A DNA stretch of 64,000 nt from Gammaproteobacteria bacterium (GCA_965116495.1 OZ220696.1:3840001-3904000); one strand, 5' to 3'. Counted from the first letter of the stretch, positions 20,780 to 30,919 are shown. Numbers and translations are program-made. The notes: generated by a model from the letters alone, not told the origin.

Positions 20780-22963
20780 ATGAAGCGACGCGCATTCCTG
20801 GTTGCCGGCGGATTCCTGGGCGGCGGCTTGGCGCTGGGCTATTTCTTTACCCCCAACCGGCTGGCGCAAACAGCCGTTTCAACGCCTGAACAAACCTGGC
20901 TGACCTCCTGGGTCGGCATCAATGCCGATAATACGATCACGGTCCTGGTCCCGCAGGCGGAAATGGGGCAGGGTATCCTGACCGCACTGCCGATGATGCT
21001 GGCGGAAGAGATGGAAGCGGACTGGTCTCTCGTCAGCGTCAAACAAGCTCCCGCAGAGGAGATTTACGTAACGGACAAGATTGCCCGGGGTTTCAAGCTC
21101 GGCGCGGTGGATGTGCCGAAGCCTCTACAGAGACTGCTGGATTATTCGCTGTACAAGGTTTCGGGCAGGCTGAACCTGCAACTGACCGGGGGGAGCACCA
21201 GCGTCAGGTTTACCGGACAGTGGGGGATGCGGGTCGCCGGGGCTGCAGCCAGGGACATGCTGCTCCGGGCCGCGGCTGAACAGTGGGGAGTGGCGCAGTC
21301 TGAATGCCATGCACAATCAAGCCATATTCATCATGCTGCCAGTGGTCGTTCCAGCCGTTATGTGGACCTGGCCGCGCGCGCGGCGGAACTTACGCCCTCA
21401 CTGACCCCGACGCTGAAAGCCAGGAAGGATTATGTCATCTGCGGCAAACCTGTCGCACCTGTTGACCTGGCGCACAAGCTAACCGGCGCCCTGGATTACG
21501 CCATCGACCTCAAGCTGGATAATATGAAGGTTGCAGCCGTTCGCCACGCACCCGTTTTTGGCGGAGATATCGTGTCCCTTGAACCTGACTCCGTTAAATC
21601 CCTGCCCGGGGTAACAGATGTGGTGCAAATACCCGGTGCAGTTGTTGTGACGGCGGATAACTACTGGCGCGCAAACCAGGCGCTTTCCCGGCTGGCAGTC
21701 GAGTCCGGGGATGGCGGCAACGGTGCTTTCAACTCCGGGCAGATGCACAGGGACTTCAGCGCCGCCCTGGACGCCGGGGAATATGAAATTGATTTTGAAC
21801 AGGGAGACGCTACAGAAACCATTTTGGGGACAGGTGCCGCCGTGGAAGCTGAATATCGAATACCTTTCCTGGCCCACGCCCCCATGGAGCCGGTGAATTG
21901 CGCCGTCTGGCGCCACGACGGACAACTGGAGGTGTGGGCGGGCACCCAGGACCCGCTGGGTACCCGCGCACTGGCCGCGCAGGCTGCCGCCATGGATATG
22001 AAAAATGTAACCGTACACCCGTTCCCGATGGGCGGCAGTTTCGGGCGCAAGTCATCGTTCTGCGGCAACTTCATCGAGGACGCAGTGCATACCGCCATGC
22101 GTGTGCCGTATCCGGTCAAGGTTGTCTGGTCCCGTGAAGAAGACATCCGCCATGACTGCTACCGCCCGGCGGAATTCAGCCGCTTCAAAGCGTGGCTGAA
22201 TGCTGACCGTAAACCCGCGACCTGGTTGAATTACTATACCGATACCGGCCTCAACAGCGACGGTGACGCTGCGTTTATACCCTACGCGGTAGCCCATCAG
22301 CAGGTTGGCAGGGCGCTCTGTAATACCCCGGTCCCGTTCGGTTACTGGCGTAGTGTGCAACATTCCTGCCAGGGTTTTTTTATCGAATCATTTATTGATG
22401 AACTGGCGCAGCACGCGGCGCTCGACCCACTTGAATACCGTCTTGATCTACTGCGCGAACAGCCGCGCCATCAAGCCGTATTGCAGTTGGTGGCGGAGAA
22501 AATCGGCTGGGGTCGCCCCCTGCCGGCAAATTCGGGTATGGGAATTGCCGTCGTTGCCAGCTTCGGTTCAATCGTGGCGCAGGCAGTACAGGTGGCCGTT
22601 TCCAGCGGCAGGCTGCGTGTGGAAAAAGTGGTGGCTGCGGTTGACCCGGGTGAAGTCATCAATCCCGCCGTTGCCCGGGACCAGGTTGAAGGTGGCATCA
22701 TCTACGGCCTGAGCGCGGCTTTGTACGGTAATATCAGTATCGATGCAGGCCGGGTAACGCAAAGTAATTTTCACGATTACAGGATGGTGCGTATGGCCGG
22801 TGCGCCGCCCATGGAAGTGCATTTTATTGAGAGCGGTGAGGCGATAGGCGGTATGGGGGAAGTAGGCACGCCGCCCATCGCACCGGCTTTGTGTAATGCC
22901 ATATTTGCTGCAAGCGGACAACGTATCCGGCGTCTCCCGTTACAGGATCAGCTATCGGTGTAG
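20780..22963 (+). CDS. Xanthine dehydrogenase family molybdopterin-binding subunit (IorB-like), Tat-exported
   Basis: KRRAFL twin-arginine signal, AEMGQG, TGGSTS, GGSFGRK, WSREED, WRSV, QVEGG and G.GEVG.PP motifs. Confidence 0.88.
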   Translation: MKRRAFLVAGGFLGGGLALGYFFTPNRLAQTAVSTPEQTWLTSWVGINADNTITVLVPQAEMGQGILTALPMMLAEEMEADWSLVSVKQAPAEEIYVTDKIARGFKLGAVDVPKPLQRLLDYSLYKVSGRLNLQLTGGSTSVRFTGQWGMRVAGAAARDMLLRAAAEQWGVAQSECHAQSSHIHHAASGRSSRYVDLAARAAELTPSLTPTLKARKDYVICGKPVAPVDLAHKLTGALDYAIDLKLDNMKVAAVRHAPVFGGDIVSLEPDSVKSLPGVTDVVQIPGAVVVTADNYWRANQALSRLAVESGDGGNGAFNSGQMHRDFSAALDAGEYEIDFEQGDATETILGTGAAVEAEYRIPFLAHAPMEPVNCAVWRHDGQLEVWAGTQDPLGTRALAAQAAAMDMKNVTVHPFPMGGSFGRKSSFCGNFIEDAVHTAMRVPYPVKVVWSREEDIRHDCYRPAEFSRFKAWLNADRKPATWLNYYTDTGLNSDGDAAFIPYAVAHQQVGRALCNTPVPFGYWRSVQHSCQGFFIESFIDELAQHAALDPLEYRLDLLREQPRHQAVLQLVAEKIGWGRPLPANSGMGIAVVASFGSIVAQAVQVAVSSGRLRVEKVVAAVDPGEVINPAVARDQVEGGIIYGLSAALYGNISIDAGRVTQSNFHDYRMVRMAGAPPMEVHFIESGEAIGGMGEVGTPPIAPALCNAIFAASGQRIRRLPLQDQLSV

Positions 22964-23119
22964 CAGCGCAAGCCCCACTTCCGATGCTGAAACTGAAGCA
23001 GACAGAAACTTTATTATTGACATCATGCATCATGACGAACTGCATGTGCGTATTGAATTAACGCCGGCCGATCCCGTCAGCACATACTGGCGGAAAGGTC
23101 GCTATTGCATTGAACCATT

Positions 23120-23965
23120 ATGAGACTGACCGGTGACGAATTCAGGCGCTGGGGGCATAAATCCGTAACGCTGCTGGGCATGTCCGGGGTCGGCAAGACC
23201 ACCCTGGCAAGGAAGCTGCGCCGGCACAACTGGTTCCATTATTCCGGTGATTACCGGATCGGCACCCGTTACCTGGATGAGCCTATCCTGGATAATATCA
23301 AGCAGCATGTCATGCAGATCCCGTTTACCCGGGAATTGCTGCGCTCCGATTCGATTTACATTACCAATAACCTTGATATCGACAACCTGAAACCGCTTTC
23401 AAGTTTCCTGGGCAAACTGGGTAACCCGGAACTGGATGGGCTGGACCTGAAGGAGTTCAAGCGGCGCCAGGAATTGCACCGGGTCGCGGAGATCAACTCC
23501 ATGAACGACGTGCCGGAGTTCATGCAAAGAGCCCGTGAAGTATACGGCTATGCGCATTTTGTTAATGACGCCGGCGGCAGCCTGTGCGAAATGGACGATG
23601 ACGTGATCAGGCTGCTGGCGGACCACACCCTGGTATTGTACATGGAGGCTACTGCAGGAGATGAGAAGGAATTGAAAGCGCGGGCCGAGCTGGACCCCAA
23701 ACCATTGTATTACCAGGAGAGCTTCCTGGATGAACAGCTGGCGGAATACATGCGTGAACGGAACCTGGACTATATTGCCCTGATTGATCCCGATGATTTT
23801 GTCAGGTGGGTATTTCCCAAGTTGTTTCGCGCCCGCATTCCACGCTATGAGAACATCGCCGCCAGTTATGGTTACAGTGTCGCTACCGATGAGGTGCTTG
23901 CCGTTGAATCCGAACAGGACTTCATCGATGTCATCGCCGGTGTCCTGGACCGGCAGGCGCGCTAG
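23120..23965 (+). CDS. P-loop NTPase of unknown function, coupled to metA
   Basis: Walker A GMSGVGKT, YS.DYRIGTRY and D.GGS.CE motifs; 3 nt from the metA start. Confidence 0.7.
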   Translation: MRLTGDEFRRWGHKSVTLLGMSGVGKTTLARKLRRHNWFHYSGDYRIGTRYLDEPILDNIKQHVMQIPFTRELLRSDSIYITNNLDIDNLKPLSSFLGKLGNPELDGLDLKEFKRRQELHRVAEINSMNDVPEFMQRAREVYGYAHFVNDAGGSLCEMDDDVIRLLADHTLVLYMEATAGDEKELKARAELDPKPLYYQESFLDEQLAEYMRERNLDYIALIDPDDFVRWVFPKLFRARIPRYENIAASYGYSVATDEVLAVESEQDFIDVIAGVLDRQAR

Positions 23966-23968
23966 ATA

Positions 23969-24982
23969 ATGCCGTTAATCGCTAATACTGACCTGCCCAG
24001 CTTTGCGCGACTGCAAAGTGAAGGCAGTCTCGTCATACCCCGGGATACCGCCATGACCCGGGAAGTGCACGAACTGCACATCGGCTTGCTCAACATGATG
24101 CCGGACAAGGCCCTGGAGGCGACGGAAAGACAGTTTTTCCGGCTTGTCGGCGAAAGCAACCAGATAGCCAGGTTTTACCTGCACCCGTTTACCCTGAAGG
24201 AATTGCAGCGCAGCAGGGAAGGCCGGGAGCACGTGGAGAGGTATTACAAGAGTTTTGAGCAAATCCAGTCCGACGGCCTGGATGCATTGATTATTACCGG
24301 CGCCAACGTGGTCGACCCCGCCCTGGACCGGCAGGAATTCTGGGCGCCGTTGATCGACGTGGTCGACTGGGCCTGCGCCGGCGTAACGTCCATACTGTGT
24401 TCCTGCCTGGCCACCCATGCGGTATTGCAGTTCCGCTACAAGCAGAAGCGCATCCCCTTGTCCGGGAAGTGCTGGGGTGTTTATTCGCACCGGGTCAGGG
24501 ACCGTTCGCACCCGCTGGTGTCCGGCGTCAATACGCGTTTTGATGTCCCGCACTCCCGGTTTAACGCGGTAACGCCGCAACAGTTTGCCGAAGCCGGCCT
24601 GAACGTCCTGGTCGAAAGCGAACGGGCCGGGGTTCATCTGGCTGCCAGCGAAGACGGTTTACGCCTGGTTTTTTTCCAGGGCCATCCCGAATACGACGCG
24701 AACAGCCTGTTCAAGGAATACAAACGCGAGGTGTTGCGTTATATAGGGGGAGAAACGGACATTTATCCGCCGTTCCCGCAGAATTATTTCAGCCTGCAGA
24801 CCCGGGCGATACTGGTCGAGTACCGGGAACGCGTCGTGGCCGCGAGGAAGCGCGGACGGGAACTGCCGGAATTCCCCGAGCAACTGATCAGCCCTGCTCT
24901 TGACAATACCTGGCACGACAGCGGTGAAGCCGTGATCAACAACTGGATAGGACAGGTCTACCGGTTAACCCACCCGGGTTAG
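23969..24982 (+). CDS. metA: Homoserine O-succinyl/acetyltransferase
   Basis: IGLLNMMPD...ATERQF, IITGA, catalytic SCLA, PHSR and QGHPEY. Confidence 0.9.
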   Translation: MPLIANTDLPSFARLQSEGSLVIPRDTAMTREVHELHIGLLNMMPDKALEATERQFFRLVGESNQIARFYLHPFTLKELQRSREGREHVERYYKSFEQIQSDGLDALIITGANVVDPALDRQEFWAPLIDVVDWACAGVTSILCSCLATHAVLQFRYKQKRIPLSGKCWGVYSHRVRDRSHPLVSGVNTRFDVPHSRFNAVTPQQFAEAGLNVLVESERAGVHLAASEDGLRLVFFQGHPEYDANSLFKEYKREVLRYIGGETDIYPPFPQNYFSLQTRAILVEYRERVVAARKRGRELPEFPEQLISPALDNTWHDSGEAVINNWIGQVYRLTHPG

Positions 24983-25332
24983 CCGTCTTCTTTTTTCCTG
25001 GCGGGGGAACGGGTTGATCTACGTCTGGTCCTTGGCTTTGCCGCCGGCACGGTCTTCTCACCTGCGGGCCAGGGATTGAAGGGAAAAGGACGTTCGTCTG
25101 ACTGGAAAGTGATATAACCCAGGATCTGGGAGATGTAACGGGTCAGGCCGACACTGAAATCCGCCAGTTGCCGGTTCAGGCTGCCCGTCACGACCTTGCT
25201 GATGAATTGAAACGCAACCAGCAGCCAGACCAGGATAATTACGAAATAAAGAATGGCGCCGAAGATAATGATAAACAGGCCGCGCAGCCACACGTCACGA
25301 TTTTTTACATTTTCTTTTATGTCCACTGACAT
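24979..25332 (-). CDS. DUF4389-like membrane protein
   Basis: WLRGL.....FQF.....G..N..L..F...L..Y..QI..Y.TF...E.PFPF..WP pattern. Confidence 0.75.
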   Translation of the reverse strand: MSVDIKENVKNRDVWLRGLFIIIFGAILYFVIILVWLLVAFQFISKVVTGSLNRQLADFSVGLTRYISQILGYITFQSDERPFPFNPWPAGEKTVPAAKPRTRRRSTRSPARKKEDG

Positions 25333-25403
25333 TCTCCAGGTTACGGATAAACCAGATCAGATTATCCAGAAATATTAGGTTTTCGGCAACGGGATTCCGG
25401 CGC

Positions 25404-27236
25404 TCATTCGTCCAGTGTGAACGTCAGTATCTCATCACCGACCTTGTAGCCGAACAGGGAATTCCCTCCCGCGGCCACGGTAATATATTGTTTTCCGTTG
25501 AGCATATAGCTGACGGGCGGCGCATTCACGCCGTATTCACTCTCATGCTGCCACAAGGGTGCGCCAGTGTGTGCGTCGTAGGCGACAAACCTGCCGTTTC
25601 CCTCACCGGCAAATACCAGGTCGCCGGCCGTGACCAGCGCTCCGCCGACCATGGGCCGCGCCACTTTTTGCTGCCAGCTCAGTTTTCCGGATACGACGTC
25701 GATGGCACTGAGTACGCCCCAATCCGGTTCATCGGCTTTGCGGAAAAAAGTGTAGCTCTGCCAGGGCGCGCCCGGCTTCGGTTCCAGTTTGCGGGAATAG
25801 AACAGGGAAGGCTGGTATATGCCTGCGATATAGACCTGTTGCAGGCCGGGATGGTAGGCGGCCGGAGACCATGACACCGCGCCCAGGGTGCCGGGCACGA
25901 TGCGTACGCCTGCGCTTGAAGGCCGCGCGAACAGGTTTTCCTGCTCGATGAAAGCCTCGCTGCGCCGGATCAGTTTACCGGTCTGCCGGTCATGGATGAA
26001 GAACCAGCCGAGCTTGCTGGCCTGCCCGACCGCCCTGATGGTTTTACCGTTTTCGACCAGGTCAAACAACAGCGGCGGGCTGGCGACGTCATATCCCCAG
26101 CGGTCATGGGGAACCTGCTGGTAATGCCAGCGCAGCTTGCCGGTGTCCGCTTCCAGGGCGACCAGGCTGACGGTGTACAGGTTGTCGCCGGGACGGGTTG
26201 AGGCGTCCATCTGCGGCGACGGGTTGCCGGTGCCGATGTAAACCAGGCCGAGTTCAGGGTCAATGGCCGGTGTCGTAAAGATCGAACCGCCGCCGTAACG
26301 CCAGGTGTCGGCATAGGTCTTGTTGGCGCGCCGCTCGGCCTTCAGGTCCCGGTTCAGTGCAACGCCATACCTGGTTTCCTCACGCCATTTGCCCTGCCAG
26401 CCGGATTCAGCGGTACTGTACCAGCGCCAGATTTCCGTACCGGTCTCCGTGTCGTAAGCAACGATGAAACCCCTTAATCCGTGTCCGCCACCGGACAGGC
26501 CGCCCACAGACAATACGTATTCGCCGTCCTGCTCCAGGTCCATGTGCAGTCCGTAACCCGCGCCGGAAATACCCACCAGGACCTTATCGGCAAAGACCTG
26601 TGGGGCCAGGTTGGCAGTGTAACCGGTCTGCCCCGATTGTCTGGCGCCTTGCAGTTCGTCGACACCGAGGAGCGGGTCGAGTTGCTCCGCCTTGCCGGCA
26701 TCGGCGTCCGTGATTTCCACGTCCCAGAGCAGCTTGCCCGTATTCCGTTCCAGGGCGATCAGTCTGGCGTCGATGGTCACGCTGTAGACCTTGTCAGCCG
26801 TCAGTGCAGGTCCGCGGTTGGCGGGCCCGCAGCAGAAACTCCCGTCTGCCAGGTCGTGCCGGTAACGCCACAACACCTTGCCCGTGTCCGCGCGCAGGGC
26901 GATGACGTCATTGTAAGGGGTCGTAATGTACATGACTCCATCCCGTATGACAGGCGAGGTCTGGAACGAGCCGAACTTGCCGGTGTTGAAACGCCAGGCC
27001 AGCCGCAACCGGTCCACGTTGCTGCTGTTGACCTGGGACAAGGGGCTGAATCGCTGGTTATCATAGGTGCGCCCGTACAGGGGCCAATCGCTGCTGTCGG
27101 TCAGCTTGACCGCCGCGCAGGCGGGTTGTGAAAACAGGTAAAACAACAGCGGGATCAGGCTGTTACTGCTGCGCCGGGTGACCGTTCGGAGACGCTTCCG
27201 GTAACGCACAGGAATAAGATCAATGAATGGTTTCAT
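25404..27236 (-). CDS. PQQ-dependent dehydrogenase-like beta-propeller protein, atypical metal site
   Basis: DW..YGR....RFSPL.Q, CCGPANRG, GTGNPSP and Trp-docking repeats; signal peptide ending ACA; exact start uncertain. Confidence 0.85.
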   Translation of the reverse strand: MKPFIDLIPVRYRKRLRTVTRRSSNSLIPLLFYLFSQPACAAVKLTDSSDWPLYGRTYDNQRFSPLSQVNSSNVDRLRLAWRFNTGKFGSFQTSPVIRDGVMYITTPYNDVIALRADTGKVLWRYRHDLADGSFCCGPANRGPALTADKVYSVTIDARLIALERNTGKLLWDVEITDADAGKAEQLDPLLGVDELQGARQSGQTGYTANLAPQVFADKVLVGISGAGYGLHMDLEQDGEYVLSVGGLSGGGHGLRGFIVAYDTETGTEIWRWYSTAESGWQGKWREETRYGVALNRDLKAERRANKTYADTWRYGGGSIFTTPAIDPELGLVYIGTGNPSPQMDASTRPGDNLYTVSLVALEADTGKLRWHYQQVPHDRWGYDVASPPLLFDLVENGKTIRAVGQASKLGWFFIHDRQTGKLIRRSEAFIEQENLFARPSSAGVRIVPGTLGAVSWSPAAYHPGLQQVYIAGIYQPSLFYSRKLEPKPGAPWQSYTFFRKADEPDWGVLSAIDVVSGKLSWQQKVARPMVGGALVTAGDLVFAGEGNGRFVAYDAHTGAPLWQHESEYGVNAPPVSYMLNGKQYITVAAGGNSLFGYKVGDEILTFTLDE

Positions 27237-27298
27237 TACCGGTTAGAATAACATCTTTACAGCAGTTCCCGGCATTCTTTTATGAGCGATCAGGACAG

Positions 27299-28210
27299 GT
27301 GAGCACTACAACGCTTTTTCCATTGGGCGCTATCGCCATCAGCGTCATTTCCTACCTGCATCCGGGATTGCTGCTCTCTTTCAAGGGATACATCGTTCCC
27401 CTGCTTGGCCTGGTCATGCTGGGCATGGGTATGACCCTGCGTCCGGATAACTTCAGGAATGTACTCAGAACACCCAAACCGGTCACGCTGGGCGTTGCTC
27501 TGCAGTTTATCCTGATGCCGTTCATGGCATGGATGGTAGCCGGGTCCATGGGGCTGCCGCTTGAGCTGGTGCTGGGCATGGTGCTGGTGGGTTCGTGCCC
27601 GGGTGGTACCGCATCCAATATCATCTGCTACTTGGCGAAAGGCGAGGTTGCTGTATCCATTACCCTGACGGCCGTGTCTACGCTGCTGGCGGTATTCCTG
27701 ACGCCGTTGCTGACCTGGTTGTACATCGGGCAAAAAGTCCCTGTGCCGGTATTGGCCATGATGCTCAATATCTTTGCCATCATCCTGGCGCCGGTTACCC
27801 TGGGGGTGTTCATCAATTACCGTTTCGGTGACAGGGTGCGCCTGCTCAAACGCCTGTTCCCGGGAATATCCGTCGCCGCTGTCATCCTGATCATCGGTAT
27901 CATCATTGCCAATACCCGGGACCAGCTGACCATGCTGGCGGCGCCCGTCCTGGCCGCGGTGTGCCTGCATAACCTGTCCGGGCTGGCCGGCGGCTATTGC
28001 CTGGCCTGGCTGTTCGGTTGTGACGAACGCATCCGCCGCACCCTTGCCATAGAAGTGGGAATGCAGAACTCGGGTCTCGCCATCGCCCTGGTGGAAATAG
28101 CAAAATTTCCGCTGGTCGCTGCGTTGCCCGGCGCCATTTTCAGTATCTGGCACAATATCAGCGGTTCGCTGCTCGCAGCCTTGTGGGGACGCAAATATCC
28201 CGTAAGTTAA
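27299..28210 (+). CDS. Bile acid:sodium symporter family transporter (PanS-like)
   Basis: LG.VM.GMGMTL, QF..MP, PGGTASN and IEVGMQNSGLA motifs; GTG start inferred. Confidence 0.88.
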   Translation: MSTTTLFPLGAIAISVISYLHPGLLLSFKGYIVPLLGLVMLGMGMTLRPDNFRNVLRTPKPVTLGVALQFILMPFMAWMVAGSMGLPLELVLGMVLVGSCPGGTASNIICYLAKGEVAVSITLTAVSTLLAVFLTPLLTWLYIGQKVPVPVLAMMLNIFAIILAPVTLGVFINYRFGDRVRLLKRLFPGISVAAVILIIGIIIANTRDQLTMLAAPVLAAVCLHNLSGLAGGYCLAWLFGCDERIRRTLAIEVGMQNSGLAIALVEIAKFPLVAALPGAIFSIWHNISGSLLAALWGRKYPVS

Positions 28211-28212
28211 AA

Positions 28213-28767
28213 CTAACAGGTGATAATCCGTCTCTCCGTGATGATCTTCTCCACTCGCACGTCTGTGTCGGTGGCAGGCATATCATCCACGATCTGGCAT
28301 TCATAGCACAACGCCGTTCTCGCGCAGTGCGGGTGATCGGCAAACCACTTATCATAATAGCCTTTGCCGAAGCCTATCCGGCTGCCGTCCAGGGTAAAGC
28401 CCAGGCCCGGCGTAAGACACAGGTCCACCCCGGATTGCCATTCCTCATCCGTAGCCGGCGTGAGTATGCCCAGTTGTCCAACCCGCAGGTCCGCCCAGCC
28501 GGTGAAACGGACTGCGATCATCCTGTCGCGGTTGACGATCCTGGGCACCACCACTGTTTTGCCCGATTGCCGCAGGTGATTAATAAAGGGGTGGGTATTC
28601 ACTTCATCACCTGCAGATATGTAACAGAATACCGTGCCTACCTGGCCCACGTGAGCCGGCAGGCGCGCATGAATGGCGCGGTCGAATTCAAACCGTTGGA
28701 CAGGCGCAAGCGCACGCCGGGTTTGTTTCAGGCGCTCGCGTAGGCGCGCTTTTTGTCGGCTGATCAT
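28213..28767 (-). CDS. 5-formyltetrahydrofolate cyclo-ligase
   Basis: PGLGF...G.RIGFGKGYYD motif and C-terminal D..V..IITE. Confidence 0.9.
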   Translation of the reverse strand: MISRQKARLRERLKQTRRALAPVQRFEFDRAIHARLPAHVGQVGTVFCYISAGDEVNTHPFINHLRQSGKTVVVPRIVNRDRMIAVRFTGWADLRVGQLGILTPATDEEWQSGVDLCLTPGLGFTLDGSRIGFGKGYYDKWFADHPHCARTALCYECQIVDDMPATDTDVRVEKIITERRIITC

Positions 28768-28795
28768 CAGGGTGACTGTTGTCTGCCGCAGAGCA

Positions 28796-28928
28796 AATGA
28801 ATGGGGTCAGGTCGCACATTGCACATTAGCATTTCATATTCTATCTTTACCCGGTTAATGATGTTAGTGATAAGCGCCATCGATCTATCACGTCAAAATG
28901 TGCAATGTGCGACCTGACCCCATTCATT
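28796..28928. repeat. REP-like inverted repeat (GGGGTCAGGTCGCACA family)
   Basis: AATGAATGGGGTCAGGTCGCACATTGCACATT...AATGTGCAATGTGCGACCTGACCCCATTCATT; copies at 40371 and 61534. Confidence 0.82.
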
Positions 28929-29041
28929 AAAACGCGGTTGCAAAGCATTTGTCATTTTCTTTTTAGTAAAAAAACCGTACAATACCCCATTTTTTCCGCT
29001 GTACAACTGAACCTGCCGATTGGCCGGGACAAGGTGTGTTT

Positions 29042-29302
29042 ATGGTAACAATTCGATTAGCACGAGCAGGTGCAAAGAAAAGGCCTTTTTATCATATAGT
29101 TGCAACCGATTCACGCAATCCGCGTGACGGCAGGTATATAGAGAGGCTGGGTTATTTCAATCCGATTGCAACCGGCCAGGAACAAAAATTGAGTCTGGAG
29201 CAGGAACGGATTGATTATTGGCTTTCCCAGGGGGCACAGCCCTCTGAGCGCGTAGCCGGCTTGATCAGGAATAACGCCAGAACTAAAGCCAAACCGGACT
29301 GA
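29042..29302 (+). CDS. rpsP: 30S ribosomal protein S16
   Basis: [16 protein letters not shown] and DSR..RDGR.IE. Confidence 0.97.
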   Translation: MVTIRLARAGAKKRPFYHIVATDSRNPRDGRYIERLGYFNPIATGQEQKLSLEQERIDYWLSQGAQPSERVAGLIRNNARTKAKPD

Positions 29303-29307
29303 TTTTC

Positions 29308-29844
29308 ATGCCCGGACCTGCTGGCAACGAGCCGGGAAAACGGGTCGTCATCGGTAAGCTGTCCGGCGTACATGGTGTACACGGCTGGCTGAAGGTATTC
29401 TCCTACACGGAACCCAGGGAAAATATCTTTTCGTACCACCCCTGGCTGCTGGGAGAAAGCGGGAAAAATGCCGGCGGCACATGGACTGAAGTCGAGTTTG
29501 TCGAGTGGGGATCAAGCGGGAAAACCCTGCTGGTTAAATTTCCCGGGGTCAAAGACAGGGAATCAGCGGATAAATTGATTGGTTGTCAGGTTGCTGTGCG
29601 GCGCGAACGCTTGCCGGAACCGGTGCCAGGTGAATATTACTGGGCAGACCTGTTGCACACGGAGGTTGTCGCGCTGTCGGGCAAGCGCCTGGGCAGGGTT
29701 GTTGATATCCGTGCAACCGGCGCCAATGACGTGCTGGTGGTTGAGGGTGGAAAGCGCCGCTCCATCCCGTTCGTCATGGAAGAAGTAATCAGGCAGGTAG
29801 ACCTGGATGGCGCAATCATCACGGTGGACTGGGAATGGGATTAG
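29308..29844 (+). CDS. rimM: Ribosome maturation factor RimM
   Basis: [28 protein letters not shown] and VDW. Confidence 0.95.
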   Translation: MPGPAGNEPGKRVVIGKLSGVHGVHGWLKVFSYTEPRENIFSYHPWLLGESGKNAGGTWTEVEFVEWGSSGKTLLVKFPGVKDRESADKLIGCQVAVRRERLPEPVPGEYYWADLLHTEVVALSGKRLGRVVDIRATGANDVLVVEGGKRRSIPFVMEEVIRQVDLDGAIITVDWEWD

Positions 29845-30584
29845 CTGTTTGCGTAGTCACGGTGTTTCCGGAGATGTTTGCTGCGGTCAGCGACTACGGA
29901 ATTACCGGAAAAGCCGGCCGGTCGGGGTTGCTGGAAATCAGCACTGTAAATCTGCGGGATTACGCGACCGACCGCCACCGCAGCGTTGATGACAGGCCCT
30001 ATGGCGGCGGTCCGGGCATGGTTATGACGGCACAACCGTTGCTGGCTGCCATAGGCTCTGCCAGGAAGGCATTGCCTGGGGCCGCGGTAATCTGCCTGTC
30101 GCCCCAGGGCAAGAGGCTTCGGCAGCAGGACGTCATGGCTTTTGCCGGCAGTGACTCGTTAATCCTCGTGGCAGGCCGTTACGAGGGCATTGATGAGCGG
30201 GTCATTGAACTGGAGGTCGATGCGGAGTGGTCCATCGGTGATTATGTACTCAGCGGCGGTGAGCTTCCTGCCATGGTATTGATTGATGCCGTAGCAAGGT
30301 GTTTGCCCGGCGCACTGGGAAATGAGGAATCCGTAGCGGAAGATTCTTTTTTCCGGGGGATACTGGACTGTCCCCACTACACCCGGCCGGAGCGGATTGC
30401 CGGCAGGTCGGTGCCGCCGGTATTACTGAGCGGCGATCATGACGCCATACGTAAGTGGCGTCTGAAACAGGCGCTGGGACGTACCTGGAAACGGCGCCCG
30501 GACCTGCTGGAAGCGCTGTCGCTGGAGCCTGAACAAAGGGCGCTGCTGGATGAATACATAGGAGAACAGCGGAATAATGAATGA
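29835..30584 (+). CDS. trmD: tRNA (guanine37-N1)-methyltransferase
   Basis: [26 protein letters not shown] and [11 protein letters not shown]. Confidence 0.97.
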   Translation: MGLAVCVVTVFPEMFAAVSDYGITGKAGRSGLLEISTVNLRDYATDRHRSVDDRPYGGGPGMVMTAQPLLAAIGSARKALPGAAVICLSPQGKRLRQQDVMAFAGSDSLILVAGRYEGIDERVIELEVDAEWSIGDYVLSGGELPAMVLIDAVARCLPGALGNEESVAEDSFFRGILDCPHYTRPERIAGRSVPPVLLSGDHDAIRKWRLKQALGRTWKRRPDLLEALSLEPEQRALLDEYIGEQRNNE

Positions 30585-30587
30585 CTT

Positions 30588-30904
30588 TAGCCCGGATTTC
30601 TCACCAGGTCGTTTATTGCCTTTGGCTGGGTTTTTGCTATCAACCAATTATGATAATATGTTCATCATCACGTCATAACAGACTGCGCTTGATGCGCCCT
30701 CGCTTGTCTTTTTGCCGCTAGCGGGTACGTGCTCCCTCAACCAGAGCTACGGCTATGCTTTCGGTCGCAGGCACCCGCTGGCGGCACAAATTTGCTTGGA
30801 GCAGATTTGGACAACAGAAGGTTGCCCAGAGGGTGTGAGCCAGGGAAGGCGAACATCAAAAATCCGGCGCGATCATCGCATCACCTGGTGAAAAATCCGG
30901 GCAT
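30588..30904. mobile_element. MITE copy 3 (full length, one nested GGA cassette at 30785-30857)
   Basis: TA-GCCCGGATTTCTCACCAGG ... CCTGGTGAAAAATCCGGGC; colinear with 52881-53197. Confidence 0.88.
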
Positions 30905-30919
30905 ATGAGGTCTATAACC

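Noticed and set aside
22964-23119. SAM or methionine riboswitch, or small ORF, upstream of the ATPase-metA pair
   Set aside because: No riboswitch consensus recognised; ORF 22896-23123 lacks an RBS and motifs.
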